64,000 nt of DNA from Chlorobiota bacterium (lineage in GTDB: Bacteria > Bacteroidota > Ignavibacteria > OLB7): assembly GCA_016710285.1 (NCBI GenBank), contig JADJXR010000001.1, positions 3,373,338-3,437,337 of the forward strand, in the 5' to 3' direction. The translations under genes were made by a program, and so were the position numbers. A model generated the notes under the pieces. It saw only the letters and a list, made by a program, of their open reading frames with translations, was not told where the DNA came from and did not search any database. Of this stretch, positions 48,543 to 58,304 are shown piece by piece (the stretch's first letter is position 1; the number at the start of each line of letters is the position of its first letter).

Positions 48543-49978
48543 GCGGGAATTTGCTTCCGTTGGAAAAAATCGGCGCAACGCATTGCGCCGGGGAACATTT
48601 TATGGGGGTTGCATCTCCCTTCGGGGTCGAACACCGTGCGGAGCATTCGCATGGCATCCAGGTCATCGGGGGTGAATTGCTCGGCCATAAAATCAATTTT
48701 CTCCACGCCGATTCCATGCTCGCCGGTGACGGTTCCGCCAAGCTGGATGCATTTCCGCAAGATTTCATGGCTGGCAGCGATTGCCTGCCGGATTTGCTCA
48801 GGGTTGCGTTCGTCGTACAAAATCAGCGGATGGAGGTTGCCATCGCCGGCATGGAAGACGTTCGGAATCTGCATCCCGTAGCGTTCGGCAACGGTGCTGA
48901 TAAACCGCATCATCTCCGGCAATTTGGACCGGGGGACAACGCCATCGTGGGTCATAAAATTGGGGCTGAGTTTGCCAACCGCGCCGAATGCGCGTTTGCG
49001 GCATTTCCACAGTTCGGCGCGTTCGTGCGGGGTGTTGGCTTGGCGGACTTTGCGCGCGCCGTTCCCCGTGCAGAAGGCGATTGCTTGCTCGGCTTGGCGG
49101 CGAAGCCCTGGGTGCAGGCCATCCAGCTCGATAATCAGCACCGCCCCGGCATCCAGCGGGAACCCGAATCGGTAGCGTTCCTCCACGGCTTGGATGATAA
49201 TGCCCTCCATCATCTCCAACGCTGCCGGCACGATTCCGCTGGCAATAATTTGGCTGACGGCGCGGCTTGCATCCTCGACGGTTTCAAAAATGGCAAGCAT
49301 GGTGCGGTACTCTTGGGGCAATCGCGTCAGCCGCAGCAATGCCCGCGTGACAATCCCAAACATCCCTTCGCTTCCGATTGCTGCGCCGCGCAGATCGGGG
49401 CCATCAACATCTTCGCCGCCATCTATCTCGGTTCCCAGCCAAACGATTTCTCCATCGGGCAGGACCATCTCGAATCCAAGGATATGGTTGGTGGTGACAC
49501 CATACTTCAGGGTGTGTGGGCCGCCGGAGTTGGTGGCGATGTTCCCGCCGATGGTGCAGGCCATTTGGCTGCTGGGGTCGGGGGCGTAATACAACCCAAA
49601 TTCTTGCGCGGCCCTTGTCACCCAGATGTTCACACACCCTGGCTCAACAACTGCGCGGCGGTTGCGTGGGTCCACCGAAAGGACACGGTTCATTCGGGTG
49701 GTGGCCATCACCACCCCGCCATCAACGGCCAGCACCGTTCCGCTGAGCGAGGTTCCGGCACCGCGAGGAATGATTGGAAGCCCGTGGTTTGCGCAGATGC
49801 GAACCACCGCCGCAACTTCTTCCGTTGTTGCCGGAAGCACCACTGCTTGCGGGGCGTTCCGCTCCAGCGTGTAGGCATCGCACTCATAAACGATCAGCTC
49901 GTCGGGCTGAACGATCACGTGCTCAGGACCGACAGCCGCCGCAAGTTGCCGAATAGCTTCAGTGGGGACCGGTTTCAT
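48539..49978 (-). CDS. glcD: glycolate oxidase subunit GlcD (FAD-linked oxidase)
   Basis: FAD-binding domain (IIPRGAGTSLSGG) and C-terminal FAD-oxidase domain (GTVTGEHGIGVEK). Confidence 0.9.
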   Translation of the reverse strand: MKPVPTEAIRQLAAAVGPEHVIVQPDELIVYECDAYTLERNAPQAVVLPATTEEVAAVVRICANHGLPIIPRGAGTSLSGTVLAVDGGVVMATTRMNRVLSVDPRNRRAVVEPGCVNIWVTRAAQEFGLYYAPDPSSQMACTIGGNIATNSGGPHTLKYGVTTNHILGFEMVLPDGEIVWLGTEIDGGEDVDGPDLRGAAIGSEGMFGIVTRALLRLTRLPQEYRTMLAIFETVEDASRAVSQIIASGIVPAALEMMEGIIIQAVEERYRFGFPLDAGAVLIIELDGLHPGLRRQAEQAIAFCTGNGARKVRQANTPHERAELWKCRKRAFGAVGKLSPNFMTHDGVVPRSKLPEMMRFISTVAERYGMQIPNVFHAGDGNLHPLILYDERNPEQIRQAIAASHEILRKCIQLGGTVTGEHGIGVEKIDFMAEQFTPDDLDAMRMLRTVFDPEGRCNPHKMFPGAMRCADFFQRKQIPA

Positions 49979-50128
49979 GGTGGGATGAAGTTAGGGGAAA
50001 TCAGCTGATGGAAAGGGGCGAACCTGCCGAATCCTACAAAGTTGGCCAGAAAGCTGACATGGCTCAGGAACGCCCAGCGTAGGCCTTGCTAAATTACAGG
50101 CATCAACTAATCCAGAAAGGAGTGTGCC

Positions 50129-51040
50129 ATGAAGATTATCATTGCCTACGACGGCTCGCAATGTTCACGCGATACGTTGGCTGAGTTAGACCGTGCAGGG
50201 CTTCCATCGGAGGGGGTGGAAGCGATGGTTGTAACCGTTGCCGAGATGGGGTTCTCGGCGGGAAAATTGGGGGCTGGCGTTTCCGCCGGACGGATGCAGC
50301 AGGCAATGGAGCTTGCACACTCCACAGCCAAGGAAGCGGCGGAATACTTGCGGCAACGCTTTCCGGCATGGACCGTGGAAACCGAGGAGTCGGGAGGGTC
50401 GCCGACTGGGGCCATTATTCACTGCTCGCGCCGGTGGAATGCTGATCTTATCATCATCGGTTCACACGGGCGTTCGTTGCTTGGCAGAATGTTTATGGGG
50501 AGCGTTTCGCAATCGGTGATGTCGGAAGCGGATTGCTCGGTGCGGGTTGCCCGTGGGCGCGCATCGTTTAGCAAGGAAACTCGATTGCTTCTTGCTGTTG
50601 ATGGTTCTTCTCATTCATTAGATGTTGCCGCTGCGGTTACTTCACGGAAATGGAGGGTTGGGACCGAAGCACGGGTTATTGCTGCTGTCGAACCGATCTT
50701 TGAAGCCATGGCTCCCCCGGTTGTTCCCGAAATTTCGGTGTGGGACGCTACGGAAGGATTATCCACCGAAGCCCATCTGCAACGCACCGTGGAGGTGCTC
50801 CAACAGCGATTGCAGCAAGCCGGGCTGGTGGCCTCGGCAGTGGTTGGATATGAGGATCCAAAACAGATGATCCTTCAAGAAGCGGAGGGGTGGGGGGCTG
50901 ATTGCATCTTTATGGGTGCGCGAGGGCTGAACCCGATAGACCGATTGCTGCTGGGGAGCGTCTCGCGTGCGGTTGTTCCCCGTGCACATTGCAGCGTGGA
51001 GGTGGTGCGGAAACGGGCAACGGCGGCCTTGCTTGTGTAA
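50129..51040 (+). CDS. tandem-domain universal stress protein (UspA family)
   Basis: Two Usp domains, each ending in the ...GSHGRS...G.GSVS..V....C.V.VVR pattern. Confidence 0.85.
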   Translation: MKIIIAYDGSQCSRDTLAELDRAGLPSEGVEAMVVTVAEMGFSAGKLGAGVSAGRMQQAMELAHSTAKEAAEYLRQRFPAWTVETEESGGSPTGAIIHCSRRWNADLIIIGSHGRSLLGRMFMGSVSQSVMSEADCSVRVARGRASFSKETRLLLAVDGSSHSLDVAAAVTSRKWRVGTEARVIAAVEPIFEAMAPPVVPEISVWDATEGLSTEAHLQRTVEVLQQRLQQAGLVASAVVGYEDPKQMILQEAEGWGADCIFMGARGLNPIDRLLLGSVSRAVVPRAHCSVEVVRKRATAALLV

Positions 51041-51061
51041 CACTACAACAGGATCAACAGA

Positions 51062-51856
51062 ATGAAAATCTTAATCGCCTATGATGGTTCGGCAGATGCC
51101 GAACGTGCTATTGCCGGATTACAACGAGCAGGGCTTCCTACCGAAGCCGAAGCAATCATCATTTCTGTTATTGAGCCATGGCACAACGCTCCAGAATTTG
51201 ATTGCACACTGCAAGCACTTCCAATGCTTCAACAAGCCTTCCCAAAATGGGAAGCACACGCTGAACTTCGTCGTGGCACGCCTTCCCGTGAGGTCCTTTT
51301 ATTCGCCCAAGAATGGAAGCCCGATCTGATTGTTCTTGGTTCACAGGGGCTTTCGCGGCGGCCCGATTTGGCGATTGGAAGCGTCTCGCAGCAAATCCTG
51401 ACAGCAGCGGCAACATCGGTTCGGGTTGTTAAAGGCGAGGTTCGCGATAGTGATTATCCCGTGCGGTTGTTGCTTGCGGTTGATGGCTCGCCTGATAGTG
51501 AGCATGGGGTGCAATCCTTGCTGGAACGAACATGGCCAGAATCCACAAAAGTCTGGATTGTAACCGCTGTTTCTGGTGGATACTCAATGGAAGAAATAGA
51601 AAGCGAACGCCAGGCTGCAATGGAATTGCATGAGCGTATTGGGAAGAAATTGCAGCAGGCTGGGCTATCCTATACATCTATCATTGGCATGGGGGATCCG
51701 CGTAGCGTGATCCTTTCCGAAGCAGAAGCATGGGAAGTTGATTGCATCGTTATCGGTGCCCGTAGCATGACCCCTTACCAACGGACGTTACTGGGAAGTG
51801 TCTCGGCAGCGGTGGCCGCGCGTTCACGATGCACGGTTGAAGTGAGCCGTTTATGA
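51062..51856 (+). CDS. tandem-domain universal stress protein (UspA family), paralog of the previous gene
   Basis: Same architecture. The N-terminus MKILIAYDGSADAERAIAGLQRAGLP parallels the upstream paralog. Confidence 0.85.
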   Translation: MKILIAYDGSADAERAIAGLQRAGLPTEAEAIIISVIEPWHNAPEFDCTLQALPMLQQAFPKWEAHAELRRGTPSREVLLFAQEWKPDLIVLGSQGLSRRPDLAIGSVSQQILTAAATSVRVVKGEVRDSDYPVRLLLAVDGSPDSEHGVQSLLERTWPESTKVWIVTAVSGGYSMEEIESERQAAMELHERIGKKLQQAGLSYTSIIGMGDPRSVILSEAEAWEVDCIVIGARSMTPYQRTLLGSVSAAVAARSRCTVEVSRL

Positions 51857-51984
51857 GCACGCACGTACGGGGAAACGCAGCGTGTAACATTCGCCTGTAG
51901 CTTCCGTTGTTCCCCGCGCCACCGCGACGTTCGGTGGTGCAATCAGTTTTCCAAATAACATCAAGACCCACCAACGGAACAACC

Positions 51985-52554
51985 ATGGATAACTTCAACA
52001 TCACCATCAACGACGACGATACCCCGCAAGGGAACAACCAGAACAACCGCCAATCGAACCAGGACGAGCCAACGTTCGATGCCTTCCGCAAAAACATTGC
52101 GGACCAGCTGAAAAAAGCTGCCGAGGAAGTGGAACGCGTCACCACACAATGGAAAACCGGAAGCTGGCCAAGCGTCCGCACGCGAATCAACGAGCTTTGG
52201 AAAGGATTGGCGGAGAACGAAACCGGAAGCTGGAGCCCGCAGATTGAAATCCGTGAAGAACCAAACGCCTACGTTATCTACCTTGATGCCCCGGGGATGC
52301 AGCGTGGCGATGTGGAAGTTGAAATCAGCGACGACGCGCTGATCCTGAAAGGGGAGCGGAAGATGGAACCAACGGAAGAAGGGAAGCGAATTTTGATGAC
52401 CGAACGGGGCTACGGGGCGTTCGCCCGCACGCTTCCGCTGCCGGAGGATGCCAACCGCGAGGAGGTTTCGGCAACGTTCAAGGAAGGGGTGTTGGAGATT
52501 CGTTTTGGGCGGGTTCAGGTCCAGAAAAATCGCCGGATTATTGACGTTCAGTAG
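51985..52554 (+). CDS. Hsp20/alpha-crystallin family small heat shock protein
   Basis: Alpha-crystallin domain (PQIEIREEPNAYVIYLDAPGMQRGDVEVEI...GVLEIRF). Start ATG at 51985 (MDNFNI). Confidence 0.85.
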   Translation: MDNFNITINDDDTPQGNNQNNRQSNQDEPTFDAFRKNIADQLKKAAEEVERVTTQWKTGSWPSVRTRINELWKGLAENETGSWSPQIEIREEPNAYVIYLDAPGMQRGDVEVEISDDALILKGERKMEPTEEGKRILMTERGYGAFARTLPLPEDANREEVSATFKEGVLEIRFGRVQVQKNRRIIDVQ

Positions 52555-52599
52555 CGGAGCAAGGGGGATGGGAGGGGAGCGGAAAAGAGAACGATAACC

Positions 52600-52640
52600 T
52601 GTGGGGGCATGGCACGCCATGTCCCCACAAGTGTTTTCAC
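52600..52640 (+). terminator. hairpin TGTGGGGGCATGG-CACG-CCATGTCCCCACA followed by AGTGTTTTC
   Basis: 13-bp stem with one mismatch downstream of hsp20 and about 85 nt upstream of mgtE. The U-tract is weak. Confidence 0.45.
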
Positions 52641-52723
52641 GGTAATCGTTGTTTCCCCGTTATCTTGCGCCCCGTTACTCCCTTCATTACTGTCCATGCC
52701 CATCGCTTACTCAGCGCAGCCTG

Positions 52724-54103
52724 ATGATTGAAAAACTCCTTCGACCGGAACTGCAAGATTTAATCGCCGTTGGGGATTTCGAGACCTTCCGCGACATCAT
52801 CGAAGATTGGGAGCCGGCGGACTTTGCCGCCCTTGTTGATGATCTTTCCGAAGGGGAGCAGCTGGCCGTTTTCCGCAACATTGATAACGAGGTGGCGGCG
52901 GCAATGTTTGCCCACCTTGATCTGCCGCAGCAGTACCAGCTGGTTACCGAACTCCCCTACGATAACGTCCGCAACATCCTGAACGCGATGTCGCCGGACG
53001 ACCGCACCGCCTTGCTGGAAGGGCTTCCCGACGAGACTGCCGAGAAGCTGATGCGGATGCTGACCCGCGAGGAACGCACCGTTGCCGAAACGCTCCTTTC
53101 CTACCCCGAGAACAGCGTTGGCCGCCTGATGACCCCGGACTTCCTTGCCATGAAGCCGGACTGGGCCGTTCGGCAAGTGCTGGATTACATCCGCCGCCAA
53201 GCAAAGGATATCGAGACGCTGGATTGGATCTACGTGGTTGACGACGACAACCGCTTGATTGATGACATCCGCATCCACGAATTCCTGGTCGCGCCGCTCT
53301 ATGCCACCGTCCGCTCCATCATGGATAACCAGTACGTCCAGCTGTCGGTGATGGATGACCAAGAATCGGCCATCGAGAGCTTCCGCAAGTACGACCGCAC
53401 CGTGCTTCCCGTTGTGGACCAGCAAGGGGTGATGGTCGGCATCGTCACCGTTGACGACGTGCTGGACGTGGTGGAGGAAGAAGCCACCGAGGACATCCAA
53501 AAGTTCGGCGGACAGGAAGCGTTGGACGAGCCGTACATTGACACCCCCATGCTCCGGCTTGTGCAAAAGCGGGCAACATGGCTGGTGGTCCTGTTCGTGG
53601 GGGAGATGATGACCGCCACGGCCATGCAATATTTTGAGGATGAGCTGGCCCGCGCAATCGTCCTTGCCTCGTTCGTTCCGCTGATTATCTCTAGCGGCGG
53701 AAACTCCGGCTCGCAGGCCGCAACCTTGATTATCCGTGCGCTGGCGTTGGGCGAGGTCCGGCTGCGCGATTGGTGGATGGTGATGCGGCGCGAGCTGTTC
53801 AGCGGCGCGATGCTGGGGCTGATTCTTGGCATCATCGGTTTTTGCCGGATTGCTGTCTGGCACACGGTGTTCGATTTTTACCCGGAGCATTGGTTCCTGC
53901 TTGGGCTGACGGTTGCCCTGTCGCTGATCTGCATCGTGCTGTTTGGGACGCTGACCGGCTCCATGCTTCCGTTCATCCTGAAACGCCTAGGGCTTGACCC
54001 CGCCACCTCGTCGGCTCCGTTCGTGGCGACGTTGGTGGACGTCACCGGGCTGGTGGTCTACTTCTCCATCGCCCTGATGATCTTGCACGGAACAATGCTC
54101 TGA
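52724..54103 (+). CDS. mgtE: magnesium transporter MgtE
   Basis: N-terminal domain, tandem CBS domains and C-terminal TM domain with PLIISSGGNSGSQAA. Confidence 0.9.
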   Translation: MIEKLLRPELQDLIAVGDFETFRDIIEDWEPADFAALVDDLSEGEQLAVFRNIDNEVAAAMFAHLDLPQQYQLVTELPYDNVRNILNAMSPDDRTALLEGLPDETAEKLMRMLTREERTVAETLLSYPENSVGRLMTPDFLAMKPDWAVRQVLDYIRRQAKDIETLDWIYVVDDDNRLIDDIRIHEFLVAPLYATVRSIMDNQYVQLSVMDDQESAIESFRKYDRTVLPVVDQQGVMVGIVTVDDVLDVVEEEATEDIQKFGGQEALDEPYIDTPMLRLVQKRATWLVVLFVGEMMTATAMQYFEDELARAIVLASFVPLIISSGGNSGSQAATLIIRALALGEVRLRDWWMVMRRELFSGAMLGLILGIIGFCRIAVWHTVFDFYPEHWFLLGLTVALSLICIVLFGTLTGSMLPFILKRLGLDPATSSAPFVATLVDVTGLVVYFSIALMILHGTML

Positions 54104-54134
54104 AAAAAACGGCCGCCGTGATTGAATTGGGATT

Positions 54135-54270
54135 GATAAAAGGTCGTTATCCTTTGGCCGACCGAACGGTAGCCGTCCCGACCTTCGTCGGGATTTATAA
54201 AAGGTCTTTAGCCTTCGGCGCCTCACTCCTCAAAAAAGACTTGGCTCCGACAAAATCGGGGCGGCTGCCC
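54135..54270. repeat. second copy of the GC-rich palindromic repeat element (…GGTAGCCGTCCCGACCTTCGTCGGGA…AAGGTCTTTAGCCTTCGG…CTCCGACAAAATCGGGGCGGCTGCCC)
   Basis: Same order of sub-motifs as 38452-38610, plus a duplicated ATAAAAGGTC(G/T)TTA. Immediately upstream of the COG0523 GTPase gene. Confidence 0.55.
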
Positions 54271-54293
54271 ATTGGCAATTACCAAACTCCCCG

Positions 54294-55253
54294 ATGCTTC
54301 CGATTACCATCATCACCGGATTTCTTGGATCCGGCAAAACAACACTGCTGAACAACCTGCTTCGCACCGATCACGGGGTTCGGTTTGGCGTGATCCAGAA
54401 TGAGTTCAGCGATGTTGGGATTGATGCGGAACTGATGGTGCAGGTGGATGCCGACATCTACGAGCTGAACAACGGTTGCCTTTGCTGCACCTTGCAGGAT
54501 GACCTTCTGCGGGTGATAGATGACCTGTTGGAACGCCGCCACCGCCTAGACCACCTGCTGATTGAAACCACCGGCGTTGCCCTGCCCACATCCACCATTA
54601 TCTCACTCTTCAACCATCCAGAGTATGGGGAAACTTTCCGGCTGGATGGAGTGGTTGCCCTGGCCGATGCGCGCCACCTTCTGGGGCAGATTTCCACAAC
54701 CCAGGAAGCCGCCCAGCAGTTGGCCTATGCGGACCTGATCCTTCTCAATAAAATTGATCTTGTCACCCAGCCGGAGCTTGCGGCGGTTCGGGGGGCAATC
54801 CGTGCCATCAACCCGTTGGCGCAGATTCGGGAAACGGAGTGGGCCGCTGTGGAGAGCGATGCAGTGATTGCCGTGGGCGGGTTCGGGGCCGCAGAGTTGA
54901 TCCAGCAGGAGGGGGACCACGACCACAGCCATGACCAGGGCCACACGCATCAATCGCCGATTGGCGCGGTGGGGCTGGCGATTCCCGGGCAGATGAACCT
55001 TGTGGCGTTCGAGGCGTGGCTGGACCTGACGCTTGCCTTGAACCATGAAAACATCTTCCGAATGAAGGGGGTGCTGAATCTTCCCGGGGCGTTGCGGCGG
55101 TACGTTCTGCAAGGGGTGCACCGTTTATGGAGCGGTGAGTATGGGAACCAGTGGGGGGAATCCGAGCGCATCAACCGCCTGGTGTTCATCGGGAAAAATC
55201 TTGACGGCGAGCAATTGAAAGAAGGGGTGGAGGGGTGTTTGGTGGCGGAGTGA
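54294..55253 (+). CDS. CobW/COG0523-family GTPase (putative zinc metallochaperone)
   Basis: GxxGxGK(T) P-loop (ITGFLGSGKTTLL), CxCC motif (GCLCCT), His-rich stretch (EGDHDHSHDQGHTH). Confidence 0.85.
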   Translation: MLPITIITGFLGSGKTTLLNNLLRTDHGVRFGVIQNEFSDVGIDAELMVQVDADIYELNNGCLCCTLQDDLLRVIDDLLERRHRLDHLLIETTGVALPTSTIISLFNHPEYGETFRLDGVVALADARHLLGQISTTQEAAQQLAYADLILLNKIDLVTQPELAAVRGAIRAINPLAQIRETEWAAVESDAVIAVGGFGAAELIQQEGDHDHSHDQGHTHQSPIGAVGLAIPGQMNLVAFEAWLDLTLALNHENIFRMKGVLNLPGALRRYVLQGVHRLWSGEYGNQWGESERINRLVFIGKNLDGEQLKEGVEGCLVAE

Positions 55254-55479
55254 AAGAAGCAGAGGGGGAGGGGGGGGGTGAGAGATGCCACAGAAAGCAC
55301 GAAAAAAGGCTGATCTGCGTCAGTGTTGCCGGCGCGGCGTGGGGCGTATGTTTATTGTAACTCTTGGGGAACCCGTCTCTGGTTCCTTCTTTGCGTAACT
55401 TGCTCGCCGCCGGAAACCGGCCCGAACTATCTGGGCGTAATCCAGCATCCAACCAGCAATCCTACCCGGAGCATCAGCG

Positions 55480-56466
55480 ATGTACGGAAACCTTTCCATT
55501 GTTGACACACCTGTCGGCCAGCAGACCGCCGCCGACGATCCCGAACTTCTTGCTGCCTTCGAGGCACGCATTGATCGTGGGGAAAAGATTGAGCCGCACG
55601 ATTGGATGCCGGCCGAGTATCGCCGCCAGCTTATCCGAATGATCGAGCAGCACGCCCATTCCGAAATCATCGGCGCATTGCCGGAAGGGACGTGGATTAC
55701 CCGCGCCCCGGGGTTCAAACGGAAAATGGCACTGATGGCAAAAGTGCAAGATGAAGTTGGCCACGCCCAGCTTCTCTACAGCGCAGCCGAAACACTAGGC
55801 AAGCCACGCGAAGCAATGATTGACGACCTGCTGAACGGCAAGTCCAAATATTCCAACGTCTTCAACTACCCGGCCGTCACCTGGGCCGACACCGCCGTGA
55901 TTGCTTGGCTGATTGATGCTGGGGCAATCATCAACCAGCACACCAACGCCAAAGGGAGCTACGGCCCCTACTGCCGCGCGCTTGATCGCATCTGCATCGA
56001 GGAGTCGTTCCACCTGAAGTATGGCTACGATAACGTCGTCACGCTTGCCACCGGAACGCCAACCCAGCGGGCCATGCTACAGGAAGCGCTCAACCGCTGG
56101 TGGCGGCCAATCATGCACTTCCATGGCCCCCCCGATAAGGTCTCGCAGCACACCGAAAAGCTGGTGCGGTGGAAGGTGAAAATGGCCACCAACGATGAGA
56201 TGCGCCAAGAGTTTTTGGAGACCTACGTCCCAAAAATCTGGGAACTGGGGCTGACGGTTCCGGACCCGAACCTTCGGAAGAACGAGGAGACCGGCCAGTG
56301 GGAATTCAGCGACCCCGATTGGGATGAGTTCAAGCGGGTAATCAACGGCAATGGCCCCTGCAATGCCGAGCGGCTTGCGGTTCGCCGAATGGCCGAAGAG
56401 CAAGGCCGCTGGGTTCGCCAAGCGCTTCGCAAACCCAACCATGCCTACGTTGCGCCGTTGGCGTAA
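55480..56466 (+). CDS. paaA: 1,2-phenylacetyl-CoA epoxidase subunit A
   Basis: Ferritin-like di-iron PaaA motifs ([12 protein letters not shown]..., [13 protein letters not shown]). Confidence 0.9.
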   Translation: MYGNLSIVDTPVGQQTAADDPELLAAFEARIDRGEKIEPHDWMPAEYRRQLIRMIEQHAHSEIIGALPEGTWITRAPGFKRKMALMAKVQDEVGHAQLLYSAAETLGKPREAMIDDLLNGKSKYSNVFNYPAVTWADTAVIAWLIDAGAIINQHTNAKGSYGPYCRALDRICIEESFHLKYGYDNVVTLATGTPTQRAMLQEALNRWWRPIMHFHGPPDKVSQHTEKLVRWKVKMATNDEMRQEFLETYVPKIWELGLTVPDPNLRKNEETGQWEFSDPDWDEFKRVINGNGPCNAERLAVRRMAEEQGRWVRQALRKPNHAYVAPLA

Positions 56467-56592
56467 CTCCAACATCTACTCCGTACAACGTGCACGCGGC
56501 ACAGGGCGCATCTGCGCCAGGGGGGTTGGGGGAACCAGCCCTTTCTGTGCCGTTGCTTCCCTTTGGAAGAAGCCAACGAACAACCATCCAGC

Positions 56593-56994
56593 ATGACGAT
56601 TCAATCACTTGACCCTCGCATCACGCGAGCAGGCATTCCAGCAGAAGATTCCAGGCCATTGGAGCCAAAAGAAAATCTTGACCAGTTCGAGACCTGGGAG
56701 GTGTTCCACCAGCAGAAGCGGGGGGCGCATCCTGAGCACGTCGGTTCGCTTCACGCGCCCAATGCGGAGCTTGCGTTGGTGATGGCGAAGGAGCAATATG
56801 CCCGCCGGTTCAAGTGCGTTGGAATCTGGGTGGTCCGCACCGCCGACATCCTTACGTTAAGCACCGAGGACGAGGACATCTTCGTCACCAACGCCGAAAA
56901 GAAATACCGCGATGCTGGTGGGTATCGCGTTGGCAATCGGGTAAGCGCGTTTAAGCAACAACAAGCACAAGCCAACACCGAGGGCGCAGCATGA
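56593..56994 (+). CDS. paaB: 1,2-phenylacetyl-CoA epoxidase subunit B
   Basis: PaaB pattern (WEVFHQQKRGAHPEHVGSLHAPNAELALVMAKEQYARR). ATG at 56593; the ORF track start is a TTG. Confidence 0.85.
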   Translation: MTIQSLDPRITRAGIPAEDSRPLEPKENLDQFETWEVFHQQKRGAHPEHVGSLHAPNAELALVMAKEQYARRFKCVGIWVVRTADILTLSTEDEDIFVTNAEKKYRDAGGYRVGNRVSAFKQQQAQANTEGAA

Positions 56995-57758
56995 ACGAAG
57001 CCGCAATCACCGACCTTCTTTTCCGATTGGCCGACGATGCCGTCATCATCGCCCATCGCAATTCCGAGTGGACCGGGCTTGGGCCAATCTTGGAGGAAGA
57101 CATCGCCTTCTCCTCCATCGCCCAAGATAAGCTGGGCCATGCCCAGGCACTCTACAACATCCTTCACACCAACTTCGGCCACCCCGATCCCGACACCATC
57201 GCTTTCACCCGGGATGAGGCGCAGTTCCGCTGCTGCCACCTTGTGGAGCTTCCCATCGGCGATTACGCCTTCAGCCTTGTGCGCCATTTCCTGTACGATG
57301 CTGCCGAGTGGGTTCGGTACGAGGCGTTGGAGTCATCCACGTTCCTCCCGTTGGCGCAGCTTGCGCGGAAGATCAAAGGGGAGATCAAGTATCACCTGTT
57401 CCATGCAAAAACATGGGTGGTGCAGCTTGGTGCGCAAGGGAACGAGGAAAGCCACGCCCGAATGCAGTCGGCATTGAACGAAACGTTTGCGCTGGCGTTG
57501 GGGATGTTCGAGCCGTCGGAGTTCGATTCCGAGCTTGCTTCCGGCGGGGTGTATCCGGGCGAGGCAGAGATACGGCAACGCTGGTTGGAGTTGATCTCCC
57601 CGGTGCTGCAACAAGCCACGTTGCAGCTTCCATCGCTGGAAGAACTTGACCACGCAACCGGCCACGGTGGAAGGAAAGGATACCACACCGAGCATCTTCA
57701 GCCGATGCTGAACGAGATGACGGAGGTGTACCGGATTGACCACACAGCCGAGTGGTAA
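56991..57758 (+). CDS. paaC: 1,2-phenylacetyl-CoA epoxidase subunit C
   Basis: Ferritin-like PaaC fold (DDAVIIAHRNSEWTGLGPILEEDIAFSSIAQDKLGHAQ). The start overlaps the paaB stop (ATGA). Confidence 0.85.
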   Translation: MNEAAITDLLFRLADDAVIIAHRNSEWTGLGPILEEDIAFSSIAQDKLGHAQALYNILHTNFGHPDPDTIAFTRDEAQFRCCHLVELPIGDYAFSLVRHFLYDAAEWVRYEALESSTFLPLAQLARKIKGEIKYHLFHAKTWVVQLGAQGNEESHARMQSALNETFALALGMFEPSEFDSELASGGVYPGEAEIRQRWLELISPVLQQATLQLPSLEELDHATGHGGRKGYHTEHLQPMLNEMTEVYRIDHTAEW

Positions 57759-57761
57759 ACA

Positions 57762-58244
57762 ATGCCAAGCGTTGATGAAATCTGGGAAGCGTTGAAATCG
57801 GTGAAGGACCCGGAGATTCCGACCATCTCGCTGGTTGATCTTGGGGTAATCACCGATGTTCGCTTGGATGATGCCGGAGTCCCCCACGTACGGATGACCC
57901 CAACGTTTGTGGGATGCCCGGCAATGGAGTATATGCAGCAGCAAGTTCGGGAACGATTGCTGGAGCTTGGCTTCCCAACCAGCGATGTGCGGATGACGTT
58001 CGAGCAGGAATGGAACACCAACAAGATCACCGAAGAAGGGCTGCGGGCATTGAACCAACACGGGCTTGCAGCCCCGCCACGCTACGAAGGGGTCCTGGAG
58101 TTGGAGGTCCTGAACAACACCCCTTGCCCCTACTGCGGAAGCCACAACACCACGCTGCACTCACCCTTCGGCCCAACGCTCTGCCGTTCGCTTCACTACT
58201 GCAACAACTGCCGCCAAGCCTTCGAGGGGTTCAAGCCGGTGTAG
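57762..58244 (+). CDS. paaD: phenylacetate-CoA oxygenase subunit PaaD (DUF59/MIP18-like)
   Basis: N-terminal DUF59 (LKSVKDPEIPTISLVDLGVI) plus C-terminal Cys pairs (CPYCGS...CNNC). Confidence 0.8.
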   Translation: MPSVDEIWEALKSVKDPEIPTISLVDLGVITDVRLDDAGVPHVRMTPTFVGCPAMEYMQQQVRERLLELGFPTSDVRMTFEQEWNTNKITEEGLRALNQHGLAAPPRYEGVLELEVLNNTPCPYCGSHNTTLHSPFGPTLCRSLHYCNNCRQAFEGFKPV

Positions 58245-58304
58245 GGGTGGAGGGGGGAGGTCGTCTCAGTATCCGCGTGCGCGCGGAGCTTACGCTATCA
58301 GCCT

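Noticed and set aside
52555-52723. M-box (ykoK) Mg riboswitch upstream of mgtE
   Set aside because: Only one hairpin is visible. The conserved M-box core sequences could not be recognised by eye. Left as a possible hsp20 terminator.
58245-58304. Possible bidirectional terminator between convergent paaD and the COG2509 gene (GGGTGGAGGGGGG...CCCCCCACCC, inner CCGCG-TGCG-CGCGG)
   Set aside because: Pairing is imperfect and long-range, with no clear U-tract on either strand. Not confident enough to annotate.
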